A DNA stretch of 64,000 bases from Malacoraja senta (taxonomy: Eukaryota). The DNA lies in contig CM075997.1 of NCBI GenBank assembly GCA_038087875.1, positions 5,396,001 through 5,460,000 on the forward strand, in the 5' to 3' direction. This document shows, one piece after another, positions 48,343 through 62,518 of the stretch. A program made the position numbers and the translations under genes. The notes under the pieces were generated by a model. The model did no database searches. It was not told where the DNA came from and saw only the letters and a list, made by a program, of their open reading frames with translations. Numbering within the stretch: the first letter of the stretch is position 1; every line of letters begins with the position of its first letter.

Positions 48343-49379
48343 ATTTTAGTTTAGAGATACAGGCACTTCAGCCCATCGGGTCCGCGCCAACCAGCGATCC
48401 CCGCACATTAACACAATCCGACACACACTAGGGACAATCGTTAACATTTAACAAGCAAATTCACCTCCATGCTTCTACGTCTTTGGAGGGTGGGGGAAAA
48501 CCGAAGATCTCAGAGAAAACCCATCCAGTCATGGGGAGAATGTACAAACTTCGTACAGACAGCACCCATAGTCGGGATCGAACCCGGGTCTCCAGCGCTG
48601 CGAACGCTGTAATAGGTGATTTTTCAGGTGACTGCCGGCGACTGTCAGAGTGGAACACACACACACACACAAACACATTGCTTCCTTCACCAGCCCGTTA
48701 TGCAGGCGGGGGACAGGGCAAGCGGGGGAGCGCTGTCTGAGTGAAATTCACACGGTGCAAAGCCAATGTGATACAGACACACACCACGATGAACAGGAAG
48801 GTTGGCGCTGTAATTAAGACCGCTAGTGTACTCTAAGTCCTTTAAAAGAGGGGGGAGAAGGGGGAGGGGGGGGAGAAGGGGAGACAGGGTGGGGAGAAGG
48901 AGTGGAGACAACATTTAAGAAGCCAGAGATACACGGCTGCGAAGCTCGGCGGACATCAACATTACCGGTCGGTTATCCTTGGTTCTGAAAACTACTGCTT
49001 ATGTTTTTTTCCCCAATGAGCCAATGAAATTCACCGGTCAGCACCGGCTACAACCTACAAGAACCTTTGACCTCCCGGCAACCCACTAGGACCTCCTGGC
49101 GACCCACCTAAGGCACGTGAATTCTCTCCATGGCGGCTTCATTCTGGTGGCCGATAATTTTACAACATGTTGAAAGATTCGCGGCGACCATAATGAGGCC
49201 GCGACCAGTTCCCAGAATGCGGGAACTCCTCACGACCATGAAGGCAACTCCCCAGCGTCTCCCCGGCAACCACCCGCGAACATGTGGCGACCATGTGGTG
49301 ACCGCATAGTCGCCAGCAGTCGCCTAAGTGGGATAGGCCCATAAGGCAGCAACTCTACCACTGGGCCACCGTGCTGCCC
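48343..49379 (-). mobile_element. V-SINE split by a Harbinger-like MITE (48613-49341)
   Basis: SINE broken at CGCTGTAA|...|TAAGGCAGC; MITE right end CGCCTAAGTGGGATAGGCCCA, left TIR tip missing. Confidence 0.75.
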
Positions 49380-49586
49380 CTTAGGTACTTACCACTCTCT
49401 GATGTGAAGGTCCCGCTCAGATCCTCCCTAAATCTCTTCCCCATTACCCCAAATCTACCTCCAATCGTGTTGTCTACCTCTGACATGGGGACATGGGGTC
49501 AGCATGTAGGTGTAGCAGGCAGTGAAGAAAGCTACAGGCATGTTGGCCTTCATAACGAGAGGATTTGAGTATAGGAGCAATAGGAG

Positions 49587-51995
49587 ATTTTACTTTGGAG
49601 TCACGTGAGTGACTACGTGAAGAACCCCGTCAGGGCGCATGCGCGTCATTACGTCGGACGCATTGGCGACAACGGCAGCGGGAGCTCGGAGCTCCTTCTG
49701 CAACGTGAGTAAATACAGCTCCACCAAAGTCGGGGAGACTTTGGAGGAGTTAGAAAAAAGTAAATAAATTGTTTCAGTCTGTTTTTTTCCCCCATATACA
49801 GGAACAAGTAAAAGGTGCAGGCTGCTGCCGACAAGGAGAGAGAGAGCTGCGGGACGCAGTCTCTGAAAGGCAGCCTGTCACCTCGGGGGAGTCGCAAGCC
49901 GGTAGCGGTGCGGCGACAGACTTGGCAAAGTGCCCAGCCGGGTACACAGCCAACGCCAGTCGGGCGGTCGGCATAAGCCAAGTCTGTCAGGGCTATAGAC
50001 TCCGTAGAGTCGGGCCAGGAGCGTCCCGTCGGGGACAGGATACCGTTCCCCAGCGGTTATCCAAAAGGAGCAGCTCATACAGGGGCTGCTCCACAGAGAC
50101 GCTCCAGGAGGAGTAATACAGGAGGGAAGCCACAGAGAAGGCTCCACTGGCAGTGCCTAGGAGAGGTTCTGTTTCATAAAGCCACACTCCAGGAGGAGTA
50201 GTGCAGGCGGGAAGCCTTAGGGAAGGCTCTGCTGGCAGTGCCTAGGAGAGGTCTGCTTCATAAAGCCATACTCCAGGAGGAGTTGTGCAGGCGGGAGGCC
50301 GTGGGGACGGCTCCGCTGGGAGTGCCTAGTAGAGGCCTGCTTGAAAGCACCCTCTTTGCAAGAGGTGAGTGCAGAAGGGCAGATACGCTCTGACCCTGAG
50401 TCTGACGACTTCCAAAGGGAGGGCAGGCAGCTGTCAGAGCTGACACCGTGTGCAGCACGGTTTGCCATGTCGTCGGATGCTGGTGAGCCTCTGGGTGAGG
50501 AACTTGCCACCAGCATAAATTACCAAGTCTCACATCAGCTACAGGAGCTGACAATGGATGAGACAGTAACGAAGTATGAAGCCCCAATCAACTGTGGACT
50601 GTTAAAAGTTCCTGTTGGGAACAGGAAGAATTGGGGCAAGATGGGCATACTAATGAAAGCCCAGCATATTTTTGGGCAATGTGAAGCTCCAGCATATTTT
50701 TAAAGTTGCTGGCATCCGGTATAACGAGCTTTGCCAGGATGGTGGATGGAGAGGGCATGACAAATTACAACAAAAGGCGCTATTGTGCAGTGCCCACTTT
50801 GAGATCAATTGCCTCCGCAAGATGCGATTAGGCCAACCATCAATGCTAAATATGCTTCACTCTGCCAGCCTGGCACAGTGCAACTGGCACAGCTGTTTGG
50901 CGAGGATTTCGCACAGCAGGTGAAGGAGCTGGAGGAGGAGGCTAAGACGGCAGCCACATATTCACCAAAGCGGAAGTATCCCTATAAGGAAGCAGACTGG
51001 TCCGGGCAAGGGACGAGTCCAGCTACGATGCAGCGCAGTTGGCGTTCGGCTGTAGCACCGCCACGGAGGTGAGATATCCAGCTCGAGGCCGGGGAAGAAT
51101 GCCAGGTGGTAAGGAGGTAAGAGGGTCTGGTTCTCATGTAGACAGATCTAATGTGATACAATTAAATGTTTACCTCAGATATGTTTATACTGAAGGTTAT
51201 TCAAGGGCATCGAATAAAGCTTAAATGCAAATTCTGATTTACCCATGCAACATGTTCCAAAAAAGGAGTTTGACTTCAGTATCACTGAACAATTGGAAGT
51301 TCAGCTGGAACTTGCAAGCTTATGTAATAAAGGTGTAATTGCTAAGGCAGTTTACCAAAGCCATCAGTTTGTGTCCAATATCTTTCCCAGACCAAAAAAG
51401 GATGGGGGGATGCAGAATTATACAGACCTGAATAGGCTTAACCCTTTTGGACGGTAAAGACATTTTAAGATGGAAACGTTTGTGAAGGAGATCTTAAAGA
51501 TGCGGATTCAGTGTCTGTTCATTTGCAGGATAGAAGATTTAAAATTCAGCTGGATGGGGAATTATGCCAATACAATCCACTGCCTAATGGGTTGTCTTCA
51601 GCTAGAGGGATTACAAAGTTGTTAAAACCTATTCTAGGCATGAAGAGAAGTCAAGGTCATGTGCTCATGGCTTAGCTAGATAATATCCTGATTGTAGGAC
51701 AATCAAAGGAAACAGCTGAAGCATCAGTGGCAGTTGGTAAAAACCAATTTTTAATTGGGCTTTATAAGCTATTCTGAGGAATCTAAATTTATACCTGTGA
51801 CACAAATTGACTAGTTGGGTTCACAATGGACTTAATCAACATCATTGTGACCTTGCCCAGGCAAAAAAGGGTACAGCTAATTAAGAGCTATATCAAGTTA
51901 ATTGCTAACACACAGCCTTCAATTAGCCAGGTGACCCTCTGCCGCCTATCACCAAGATAATTATGGATCCAAAAAGACAGCTTGTCTTTCAGCCC
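49587..51995 (+). mobile_element. Second DIRS element, 3'-truncated (left terminus, gag-like ORF1, RT remnant)
   Basis: Starts ATTTTACTTTGGAGTCACGTGAGTGACTACGTGAAGA; YEAPINCGLLKVP and LFGEDF (ORF1); FVSNIFPRPKKDGG, HFKMETF, MA*LDNIL (RT). Confidence 0.85.
50100..50340 (+). repeat. ~85-bp tandem repeat (3 copies) in DIRS 5' region
   Basis: CTCCAGGAGGAGT...GGCAGTGCCTAGGAGAGG unit. Confidence 0.8.
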
Positions 51996-51999
51996 CTCT

Positions 52000-53590
52000 G
52001 ACTTGGCTTGGATAGAATGGATGTGGAGAGGATGTTTCCAGTAGTGTGAGAGTCTAGGACTAGAGGCCATTGCCTCAGAATTAAAGGATGTTTCTTTAGG
52101 AAGAAGATGATGAGGTTCTTTAGTCAGAGGGTGGTGAATCTGTGGAATTTATTACCACAGAAGGCTGTGGAGGCCAAGTCAATGGATAAGACAGAGATAG
52201 ATAGATTCTTGATTAGTACGAGTGTCAGAGGTTATGGGGAGAAGGCAGGAGAATGGGGTTAGGAGGGCGAGATAGATCAGCCATGATTGAATGGCGGAGT
52301 AAACTTGATGGGCCGAATGCCATAATTCTGCTCCTATCACATGAACTTATGACTTATCCATCTGGACCAGTCTACCATGTGGAAACTTGTCAAATACCTC
52401 GCTAAAATCCATATAGACAACATCTACCGGCCTGCTATCGTCATTTTCCTTTGTCACCTTCTCAAATACTCAATCAAATCACTGAGAAAGGAATTTGCCT
52501 CCACAAAACCATCCTGACCAAACTTCATCAGTCCCCGCCCTTCACTAATGAACATAAATCCTGTCCCTTCGAGGCTTCTTCAGTAATTTCCCAACCACTG
52601 ATGCAAAGGCAGACTGTTGTGACCTGACGTATACATGCTGCCCTTCTTAAATAAAGGAGCAATATTAGCCATTCTTCAGTCTTTGGGTACCTCACCTGTA
52701 GACAACGAGGATGCAGAAATCTCCACCAGGTCCCTAGACAATATCTCCCTCCTTTCCATAAGACATTGGACCAGAATTAGGCCATTTGGATCATTGAGTC
52801 TACTCCACCATTCAATCATGGCTGATCTATTTTTCCCTCTCAATCCCATTGTCCTGACTTCTCCCCATAACTTTAATGCCCTTACTAATCAAGAATATAT
52901 TAATCTCCGCTTTAAAATTACCCAATGACTTAGCCTCCACAGCCTCCTGTGGCAATGAATTCCGCAGGCTCACCACCCTCTGGCAAAATAAATTCTTCCT
53001 CATCTCCATTCTAAAGGTACATCCTTTTATTTTGAGGCCGTGCCCTCTGGTTTCTGATTCTCCCACTACTGGAAGCATCATTTTCACGTCCACTCTCCCT
53101 TGGCCTTTCATTATCCAGAAGGTTTCAATGAGATCCACTCCTCCCTCATCCTTTGAAACTCCAGCAATTATAGGCCCAGAGCCATCAAACGCTCCTCATA
53201 CATTAACGCAATCATCCCCGGGATCATTCGGGATAAACTTCCTCCAATGCCAGTACATCCCTCCTCAGATATGGGCCCATACACTGCTCACAATATTCCA
53301 AATATGGCCTCACCAGCACCATATAAAGCCTCAGCATTACATCCTACCTTAGAGAGAAACATAGAAACATAGAATATAGGTGCAGGAGAAAGCCATTTGG
53401 CCCTTCAAGCCAGCACCGCCATTCATTGTGATCATGGCTGATCATCCACAATCAATAACCCGTGCCTGCCTTCTCCCCATATCCCTTGATTCCACTAGCC
53501 CCCAGAGCTCTATCTCCCTTTTAAATTCATCAAGTGAATTAGCCCCTACTGCCTTCTGTGGCAGAGAATTCCACAAATTCATAACACTAA
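52000..53590. mobile_element. Several CR1 3' fragments in both orientations
   Basis: Recurrent CR1 C-terminal motifs and UTRs. Confidence 0.75.
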
Positions 53591-53594
53591 GACC

Positions 53595-55897
53595 TCAAAG
53601 ATAATAATCTCTGGATTACTACCAGTGCCACGGGCTAGTCAGAGTAGAAATAGGAGGATATTGCAGATGAATACGTGGCTTGAAAAATGGTGCAAGGGGG
53701 AGAGATTCAAATTTCTAGGGCATTGGAACCAGTTCTGGGGGAGGTGGGACCAGTACAAACAGGACGGTCTGCACCTGGGCTGGAATGGAACCAATGTCCT
53801 CGGGGGAGTGTTTGCTAGTGCTGTCGGGGAGGATTTAAACTAATGTGGCAGGGGGATGGGTGCAAGAGCAGAGAGACAGAGGGGTGTAAAATGAGGGTAG
53901 AAGCAATAGGTAGCAAGGTGAAAAGTAAAAGTGGTAGGCAGACAAATGCAGGGCAAAAATCAAAAAAGGCCACTTTTCAACATAATTGTATAAGGGGTAA
54001 GAGTGTTGTAAAAACAAGCCTGAAGGCTTTGTGTCTCAATGCAAGGAGCATTCGTAATAAGGTGGATGAGTTGAATGTGCAGATAGTTATTAATGAATAT
54101 GATATAGTTGGGATCACGGAGATATGGCTCCAGGGTGACCAAGGCTGGGAGCTGAACATCCAGGGATATTCAATATTCAGGAGGGATAGACAGAGAGGAA
54201 AAGGAGGTGGGGTAGCGTTGCTGGTTAGAGAGGAGATTAACGCAATAGAAAGGAAGGACATTAGCTTGGAGGATGTGGAATCGATATGGGTAGAGCTGCG
54301 AAACACTAAGGGGAAGAAAACACTAGTGGGAGTTGTGTACAGGCCACCTAACAGTAGTAGTGGAGTTGGGGATGGCATCAAACAGGAAATTAGAAATGCG
54401 TGCAACAAAGATAAAACAGTTATAATGGGTGACTTCAATCTACATATAGATTGGGTGAATCAAATTGGCAGGGGTGCTGAGGAAGAGGATTTCTTGGAAT
54501 GTATGCGGGATAGTTTTCTAAACCAACATGTGGAGGAACCAATGAGAGAGCAGGCTATTCTAGACTGGGTATTGAGTAATGAGGAAGGGTTAGTTAGCAG
54601 TCTTGTTGTGCGTGGCCCCTTGGGCAAGAGTGACCATAATATGGTTCAGTTCTTCATTAGGATGGAGAGTGACATAATTAATTCAGAAACAAGGGTTCTG
54701 ACCTTAAAGAAATGTAACTTTGAGGGTATGAGAAGGGAATTGGCCAAGATAGACTGGCAATTGATTCTTAAAGGGTTGACGGTGGATATGCAATGGAAGG
54801 CATTTAAAGACTGCATGGATGAACCACAACAACTGTTCATCCCAGTTTAGCAAAAGAATAAATCAGGGAAGGTAGTGCATCCATGGATAACAAGGGAAAT
54901 CAGGGATAGTATCAAAACAAAAGTGGAAGCATACAAATTAGCCAGAAAAAGCAGCCTACCAGGGGACTGGGAGAAATTCAGTCCGACAGAGGAGGACAAA
55001 GGGCTTAATTAGGAAAGGGAAAATAGATTATGAAAGAAAACTGGCAGGGAACATAAAAACTGACTGCAAAAGTTGTTATAGATATGTGAAGAGAAAAAGA
55101 TTAGTTAAAACAAATGTAGGTCCCTTGCAGTCAGAAACAGGTGAATTGATCATGGGGAACAAGGACATGGCAGACAAATTGAATAACTACTTTGGTTCTG
55201 TCTTCACTTAGGAAGACACAAATAACCTGCCGGAAATAGCAGGGGACCGGGGGTCAAATGAGATGGAGGAACTGAGTGAAATCCAGGTTAGCCGGGAAGT
55301 GGTGTTAGGTAAATTGAATGGATTAAAGGCCGATAAATCCCCAGGGCCAGATAGGTTGCATCCCAGAGTACTTAAGGAAGTAGCCGCAGAAATAGTGCAT
55401 GCATTTATTGATAATTTTTCAAAACTCTTTAGATTCTGGAGTAGTTCCTGAGGACTGGAGGGTAGCTAATGTAACCCCACTTTTTAAAAAGGGAGGGAGA
55501 GAGATAACAGGGAATTACAGACCAGTTAGTCTAACATCGGTAGTGGGGAAACTGCTAGATTCAGTTATTAAAGATGGGATAGCAGCACATTTGAAAAGTG
55601 GTGAATTCATTGGACAAAGTCAGCATGGATTTATGAAGGTAAATCATGTCTGACGAATCTTATAGAATTTTTCGAGGATGTAACTAGTAGAGTGGATAAG
55701 GGAGAACCAGTGGATGTGTTATATCTGGCCTTTCAGAAGGCTTTCGACAAGGTCCCACATAAGAGATTAGTATGCAAACTTAAAGCACACGGTATTGGGG
55801 GTTCAGTATTGATGTGGATAGAGAACTGGCTGGCAGAGGAAGCAAAGAGTAGGAGTAAACGGGTCCTTTTCAGAATGGCAGGCAGTGACTAGTGGGG
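53595..55897 (+). mobile_element. CR1 LINE segment: ORF1 SGNH-esterase C-terminus plus ORF2 APE endonuclease and RT N-terminal part (disrupted)
   Basis: NTWLEKWC...DGLHL (ORF1); LCLNARSIRNK, ITEIWL, VVYRPP, IMGDFN, LDWVL, SDHN (APE); NYRPVSLTS, FDKVPH (RT); stop at 54848. Confidence 0.92.
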
Positions 55898-55917
55898 ATC
55901 TTTTAGAAACGTACAAA

Positions 55918-58900
55918 CATACTATTCGCTTTCTTCACTGCCTGCTGCACCTGCATGCCTACTTTCAATGACTGGTGTACCATGACACCCAGGTCTCGCT
56001 GCATCTCCCCTTTTCCTAATCGGCCACCATTTAGATAATAGTCTGCTTTCCTGTTTTTGCCACCAAAGTGGATAACCTCACGTTTATCCACATTATACTG
56101 CATCTGCCAAACATTTGCCCACTCACCCAGCCTATCCAAGTAACCTTGCAGTCTCCTAGCATCCTCCTCACAGCTAACACTGCCCCCCAGCTTAGTGTCA
56201 TCCGCAAACTTGGAGATGTTGCCTTCAATTCCCTCATCCAGTTCATTAATATAAATTGTAAATAGCTGGGGTCCCAGCACTGAGCCTTGCGGTACCCCAC
56301 TAGTCACTGCCTGCCATTGTGAAAAGGACCCATTTACTCCTAGTCCTTGCTTCCTGTTTGCTAGCCTCAGCTTGTCCAGTCCTTTTTTCATTTTATATGT
56401 TTCTATAAGATCCCCTCCCATCCTTCTAAACTCCAGAGAATACAAGCCTAGGCTTTCCAATCTTTCCTCATGACAGTCCCGCCATCCCAGGGATTAACCT
56501 CGTGAACCTACGTTGCATTGCCTCAAGAGCAAGGATGTCCTTCCTCAAATTAGGAGACCAAAACTGTACACAATACCCCAGATGTGGTCTCACCAGGGCC
56601 ATGTACAACTGCAGAAGGACTTCTTTACTCCGATATTCAAATTCTCTTGTTATGAAGACCAACATGCCATTAGCTTTCTTCACTGCCTGCTGTACCTGCA
56701 TGTTTACTTTCAGTGACTGGTGTACAAGGACACCCAGGTCTGGTTGCACTTCCCTTTTTCTTAATCTGACACCATTGAGATAATAATCTGCCTCCTTGTT
56801 CTTGCCACCAAAGTGGATAACCTCACATTTATCCACATTATACTGCATCTGCCATGCATCTGCCCACTCACTCAACCTGTCCAAGTCACCCTGCAACCTC
56901 CTAGCATTCTCTTCGTAGTTCACACTGCCACCCAGCTTTGTGTCATCTGCAAATTTGCTAATGTTACTTTTAATCCCATCATCTAAATCAGTAGTATACA
57001 GTATATTGTAAATTGTTGCGGCCCCAGCACCGAGCCTTGCGGCACTCTACCCCCAAAACCATGTGCTCTCATTTTGCCCACAAATCTCCTGTGTGGGACC
57101 TTATCAAAGGCTTTCTGAAAGTCCAGGTACACTACATCCACTGGCTCTCCTTCATCCATTTTACTTGTCACATCCTCAAAAAATTCCAGAAGATTATTCA
57201 AGCAGGATTTCCCCTTCATAAATCCATGTTGACTTGGACTAATCCTGTTACTGCTATCCAAATGCGCTGTTATTACTTCTTTAATAATTGACTCCAGCAT
57301 CTTCCCCACCACCGATGTCAGGCTAACTGGTCTAGAATTCCACATTTTCTCTCTCGCTCCTTACTTGAAAAGTGGGATAACATTAGCTACCCTCCAATCC
57401 ACAGGAACTGATCCTGAATCTATAGAACATTGGAAAATGATCACCAATGCATCCTCGATTTCTAGAGTCACCTCCTTGAGTACCCTGGGGATTTATCAGC
57501 CTTCAGTCCCATCAGTCTACCCAATACTATTTCTCGCCTAATGCAAATTTATTTCAGTTCCTCTGTCTCCATATATCCTCTGTCCTCTAGTACATCTGGG
57601 AGATTGTGTCCTCCTTAGTGAAGACAGAACCAAAGTACCTGTTCAACTGCCATTTCCTTGTTCCCCATAATAATTTCACCTGTTTCTGTCTTCAAGGGAC
57701 CCACATTTACTAATATGTTTCTCTTAACATACCTAAAGAAGCTTTTACTATCCTTCTTTATATTCTTGGCCAGTTTACCCTCGCACTTCATCTTTTCACC
57801 CCGTATTGCCCTTTTTGTTACCTTCTGTTGTCCTTTGCTAGTTTCCCAATCCTCTGGCTTCCCGCTACTCTTTGCTAAGTTATATACCTTTTCTTTTAGT
57901 TTTATTCCATCCCTAACTTCCCTTGTCAGCCACAGTTGCCACTTACTCCCCTTAGAATCTTTCTTCCTCTTTGGAATGAAATGATCCTGCATCTTCTGGA
58001 TTATGCCCAGAAATTCCTGCCATAGCTGTTCCACCGTCATTCCTGCTAGGATCATAGATACATAGATATATAGAAAATAGGTGCAGGGGTAGGCCATTCG
58101 GCCCTTCGAGCCTGCACCGCCATTCAATATGATCATGGCTGATCATCCAACTCAGTATCCCTTACCTGCCTTCTCTCCATACCCCCTGATCCCCTTAGCC
58201 ACAAGGGCCACATCTAACTCCCTCTTAAATATAGCCAATGAACTGGCCTCAACTACCCTCTGTGGCAGAGAGTTCCAGAGATTCACCACTCTCTGTGTGA
58301 AAAAGTTTTTCCTCATCTCGGTCTTAAAGGATTTCCCCTTATCCTTAAGCTGTGACCCCTTGTCCTGGACTTCCCCAACATCGGGAACAATCTTCCTGCA
58401 TCTAGCCTGTCCAACCCCATAAGAATTTTGTACGTTTCTATAAGATCCCCTCTCAATCTCCTAAATTCTAGCGAGTATAAGCCAAGTCTATCCAGTCTTT
58501 CTTCATATGAAAGTCCTGACATCCCAGGAATCAGTCTGGTGAACCTTCTCTGCACTCCCTCTATGGCTATAATGTCCTTCCTCCTTCCTCAGATCCTTTT
58601 CCAGTCGACCTTGGCCAGCTCCCCTCTCATGCCTTCATAGTCCCCTTTGTTCAATTGCCACACTGATACTTCTGATTTAACCTTCTGCCTCTCAAATTGC
58701 AGATGAAAACTTATCATATTATGATCACTACCTCCTAGCGTTTCCTTTACCTTGCGTTCCCTTATTAAATCTGGTTCATTAAACAACACTAAATCCAGAA
58801 TTGCCTTTTCTCTGGTCGGCTCCATTACAAGCTGCACTAAGAATCCATCTCGGAGGCTTTCTACAAACTCCCTTTCTTGGGGTCCAGAACCAACCTGATT

Positions 58901-58950
58901 TTCCCAGTCTACCTGCATATTGAAATCTCCCATAACCACAGTGGCCTTGC
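55918..58950 (-). mobile_element. Minus-strand CR1 ORF2 cluster (nested or rearranged copies)
   Basis: [35 protein letters not shown]...SDHN; nested CR1 3' end at ~58051-58585. Confidence 0.88.
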
Positions 58951-59259
58951 CTTTGTTTATGCTCTAGTCTCCTCTAAATGAATGTGAACATTGCATTTGC
59001 CTTCCTTACCGCTGACTCAATCTGCAAATAATCCTTCTGATAATCCTGCACCAACACTCCCAAATTCCTTTGTACCTCCGTTTCTGAATCCTCGCCCCAT
59101 TTATAAAATAGCCTACCCCCTTAGTCCTTGTACCAAAGTGCACAACTCCAAACTTTGCTGCACTGTATTACATTTGCCACTTGTTTGCCCACTCTGCCAA
59201 CCTGTCCAAGTCCTTCTGCAGTCTTCCTGCTTTCTCTACACTACCTGCCCCTCCACCTA

Positions 59260-59660
59260 GAGTCATAGTCATAGAGTGATACAGTCCTTTGGCCCAACTT
59301 GCCCACACCGGCCAACATGTCCCAGCTACACCAGTCCCACATGCCTGCGTTTGGTCCATATCCCTCCAAACCTGTCCTATCCAGGTACCAGTCTAACTGT
59401 TTCTTAAATGTTTAAATATTTTCCCCTTCTCCTAAAACCTTTATCCTCTAGTCCTCGATTCAGCTACTCTGGGCAAGAGGCTCTGTGCGTCTACACGATC
59501 TATTCCTCTCATCACCTTTTCCATCTCGATAAGATCACCCCTCATCCTCCTGCACTCAAGGAATAGTCCCAGCCTACTCAACCTCTCCCTGTAGCTCAGA
59601 TCCTCGAGTCCTGGCAACATCCTCGTAAATCTTCTCTGTACCCTTTCCAGCTTCACAACA
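59260..59660 (-). mobile_element. CR1 3' fragment
   Basis: KLERVQRRFTRMLPGLEDLSYRERL. Confidence 0.8.
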
Positions 59661-61555
59661 TTAAGCTATCTGTGTATCATCCGTAAACTTGGCTGGAAGC
59701 CATCAATTCCCATTGCATTCTGCAACACATCGCATCTGGCCCGAGGGATTTATCCACCCTTATATCTTCCATAACATCCACCACCTCCATCTTCTGAATA
59801 CCTGCATGCTTAAGACAGATAACAGACATGTCCCTGACCTCAATGTCCTTTTGCTCGCTAAGCGGACCACTTTACCCTGGTTAGCCCTTGTTCTTCTGAT
59901 TGGACATAGAACAGGAACAGGCCCTTCAGCCCACAAAATCTGTGTCGATCGTGATGGCCAGGTAAACTAATAGAGGAGATTAGTTTACCTGGCTTTCACA
60001 TGATCCATATCCCTCCATTCCCTTCATATCCATGTGCCCGTCTAAAAACGATCGTATCTGCCTCCACCACCACTCCGGCAGCGCGTTCCAGGCACCCACC
60101 ATCTTTGATTAGTACGGGTGTCAGGGGTTATTAGGAGAAGGCTGGCAGGAGAATGGGGTTAGGAGGGACAGATAGATCAGCCATGATTGAATGTCGGAGT
60201 AGACTTGATGGGCCGAATGGCCTAATTCTACTCCTTTCGCTAATAATCTTATGACCCTCTGTGTAAAAGACTTGTCCAACACATCTCCTTTAAACTCTGT
60301 CCCTCTCACATTAAAGCTCTGCCCTCTAGTCTTTGACGTGACCTCTTTTTACCCTCCTAATGCCCTTCTAATGTTCAGTTCAGTCTAGTTTATTGTCACC
60401 TGTACCGAGGTACAGTGAAAAGCTTTCGTTGTGTGCTCAAGAAGGAACTGTAGATGCTGGAAAATCGAAGGTAGACAAAAATGCTGGAGAAACTCAGCGG
60501 GTGCAGCAGCATCTATGGAGCAAAGGAAATAGGAAATTGTGTGCTATCCAGTCAGCGGAAAGACAATACATGATTACATCAATCCATTTACAGTGTATAG
60601 ATACATGATAAGGAAATAATGTTTAGTGCAAGGTAAAGCCAGTAAAGTCTGATCAAGGATAGTCCCAGGGTCACGAAAGTGATAGATAGTAGTTCAGCAC
60701 TGCTCTCTGGTTGTGGTAGGATGATTCAGTTGCCTGATAACAGCTGGGAAGAAACTGGCCCTGAATCTGGAGGTGTGCGTTTTCACATTTCTGTACCTTC
60801 TGCCCGATGGGAGAGGGGAGAAGAGGGAGTGGCCGGGGTGCAACTGGTCCTTGATTATGCTGCTGGCCTTGCCGAGGCAGCGTGAGGTGTAGATGGAGTA
60901 GCAATTATGTACTCTCCTGCACCCTCTGTGTTCCTCAAGGGATGCCCTTGATTGTAGTTCCCTATAATTGTCATTAACTTCCTTTTCTTTCATAATCAAA
61001 CCTTCAATAAACTCGTAGACACAAGAAAAGGCAGGTGCTCAAATCTTGAGCAGAGAAAAACAAAGTGCTGGAGGAACCAGCGAGCTAGGCAGCATCTGTG
61101 GAGGGAATGGACACTTTGGGTTGGAACCCCTCTTCAGACTGAAAGTTCCCTAATCTTACCATCTTTGCCTTTCTCCATTGCCAGAACATGCTGTCCCTGA
61201 ATTCCTGCGTACTCTTTTAAAAGCCTCCAGCTCATCCAATCTTGCTTTACGGGCAAGCATCTGCTGCCAATGTACTTTTGCCAAGACCTTGCTCACGCTA
61301 TCAAAATCAGCCTGCCCCCAATTTTGGACCTTAACTTGAGGAACTTCTCCCTTTCCTTAACTGCATAAAAACTACTAGACTGATGGTCACTGTACACAAA
61401 GTGTGGCCCCATTAACCGTTCCATCTTCAGCCCAGTTTCATTTCCTAAGAGAGGTCAAATGTAGCTCGTTCTTTGTAAGGATAGCCTACACATTGTCTCA
61501 AAAACTACTATATCCAGACTGCCCCATCTAAGCCCCTTGCTCTTTGCCAATTCTA

Positions 61556-61865
61556 GGGCGGCACGGTGGCGTAGCGGTAGAGTTGCTGCATTACAGCGCT
61601 TTCAGTGCCAGAGACCCGGGTTCGATCCTGACTGCAGCTGCTGTCTGTGCGGAGTTTGTACGTTCTCCCCGTGACCACGTGGGTTTCATCCAAGATCTTC
61701 GGTTTCCTCCCACACTCCAAAGACGTACAAGTTTGTAGGTTAATTGGCTTGGAATAAATGTAAATTGTCCCGAGTGTGTGTAGGGTAGTGTTAATGTGTG
61801 GGGATCGCTGGTCAGCGCGGACTCGGTGGGCTGAGGTGCCTGTTTCCACGCTGTATATCTAAACT
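61556..61865 (+). mobile_element. Full-length V-SINE
   Basis: SINE consensus. Confidence 0.88.
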
Positions 61866-62123
61866 ATATGAAACAAAAAAATACAGGGAAGGTTAAAATT
61901 CCCCTTCTCCAACCTTTTTATGCCTTTTATGCTTTTGTGTCCGTGTGTGATTTAATCCTATTATCTCCGATTCCTTCCATCAAAGCTTCAGAATCGGAGA
62001 TACTCTCTGATGTTGCACAATGTCCATCTCCACCCTCAGCTCCTCAGCAACTGAAGTGACCCACACCTATCTGTAGCAGGACTCCGACAACACTCAGGAA
62101 TGGACTCCGACCTGAAACCTTGA

Positions 62124-62362
62124 TTCTCTCTATCTCTCTCTCTCTCTCTTTCTCTCCAACACTTTCCCTCTCTTTCTCTCTCTTTCCCTCTCTCTCTCTC
62201 ATTCCCTCTCTCTCTTTCCCTCTCTCTCTCTTTCCCTCTCTTTCTCTCTCTCACTTTCCCTCTCTCTCTCTTTCTCTCTCTCTCTTTCCCTCTCTTTCTC
62301 TCTTTCCCTCTCTCTCTCTTTCCCTCTCTCTCCCTCTCTCTCTTTCCCTCTCTCGCTCTCTT

Positions 62363-62452
<90 letters not shown>

Positions 62453-62471
62453 TCTCTCTCTCCCTCTTTCC

Positions 62472-62518
<47 letters not shown>

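Noticed and set aside
53843..54850. 335-aa endonuclease ORF as a host gene
   Set aside because: CR1 ORF2 APE domain ending in a premature stop, followed by a frameshifted RT
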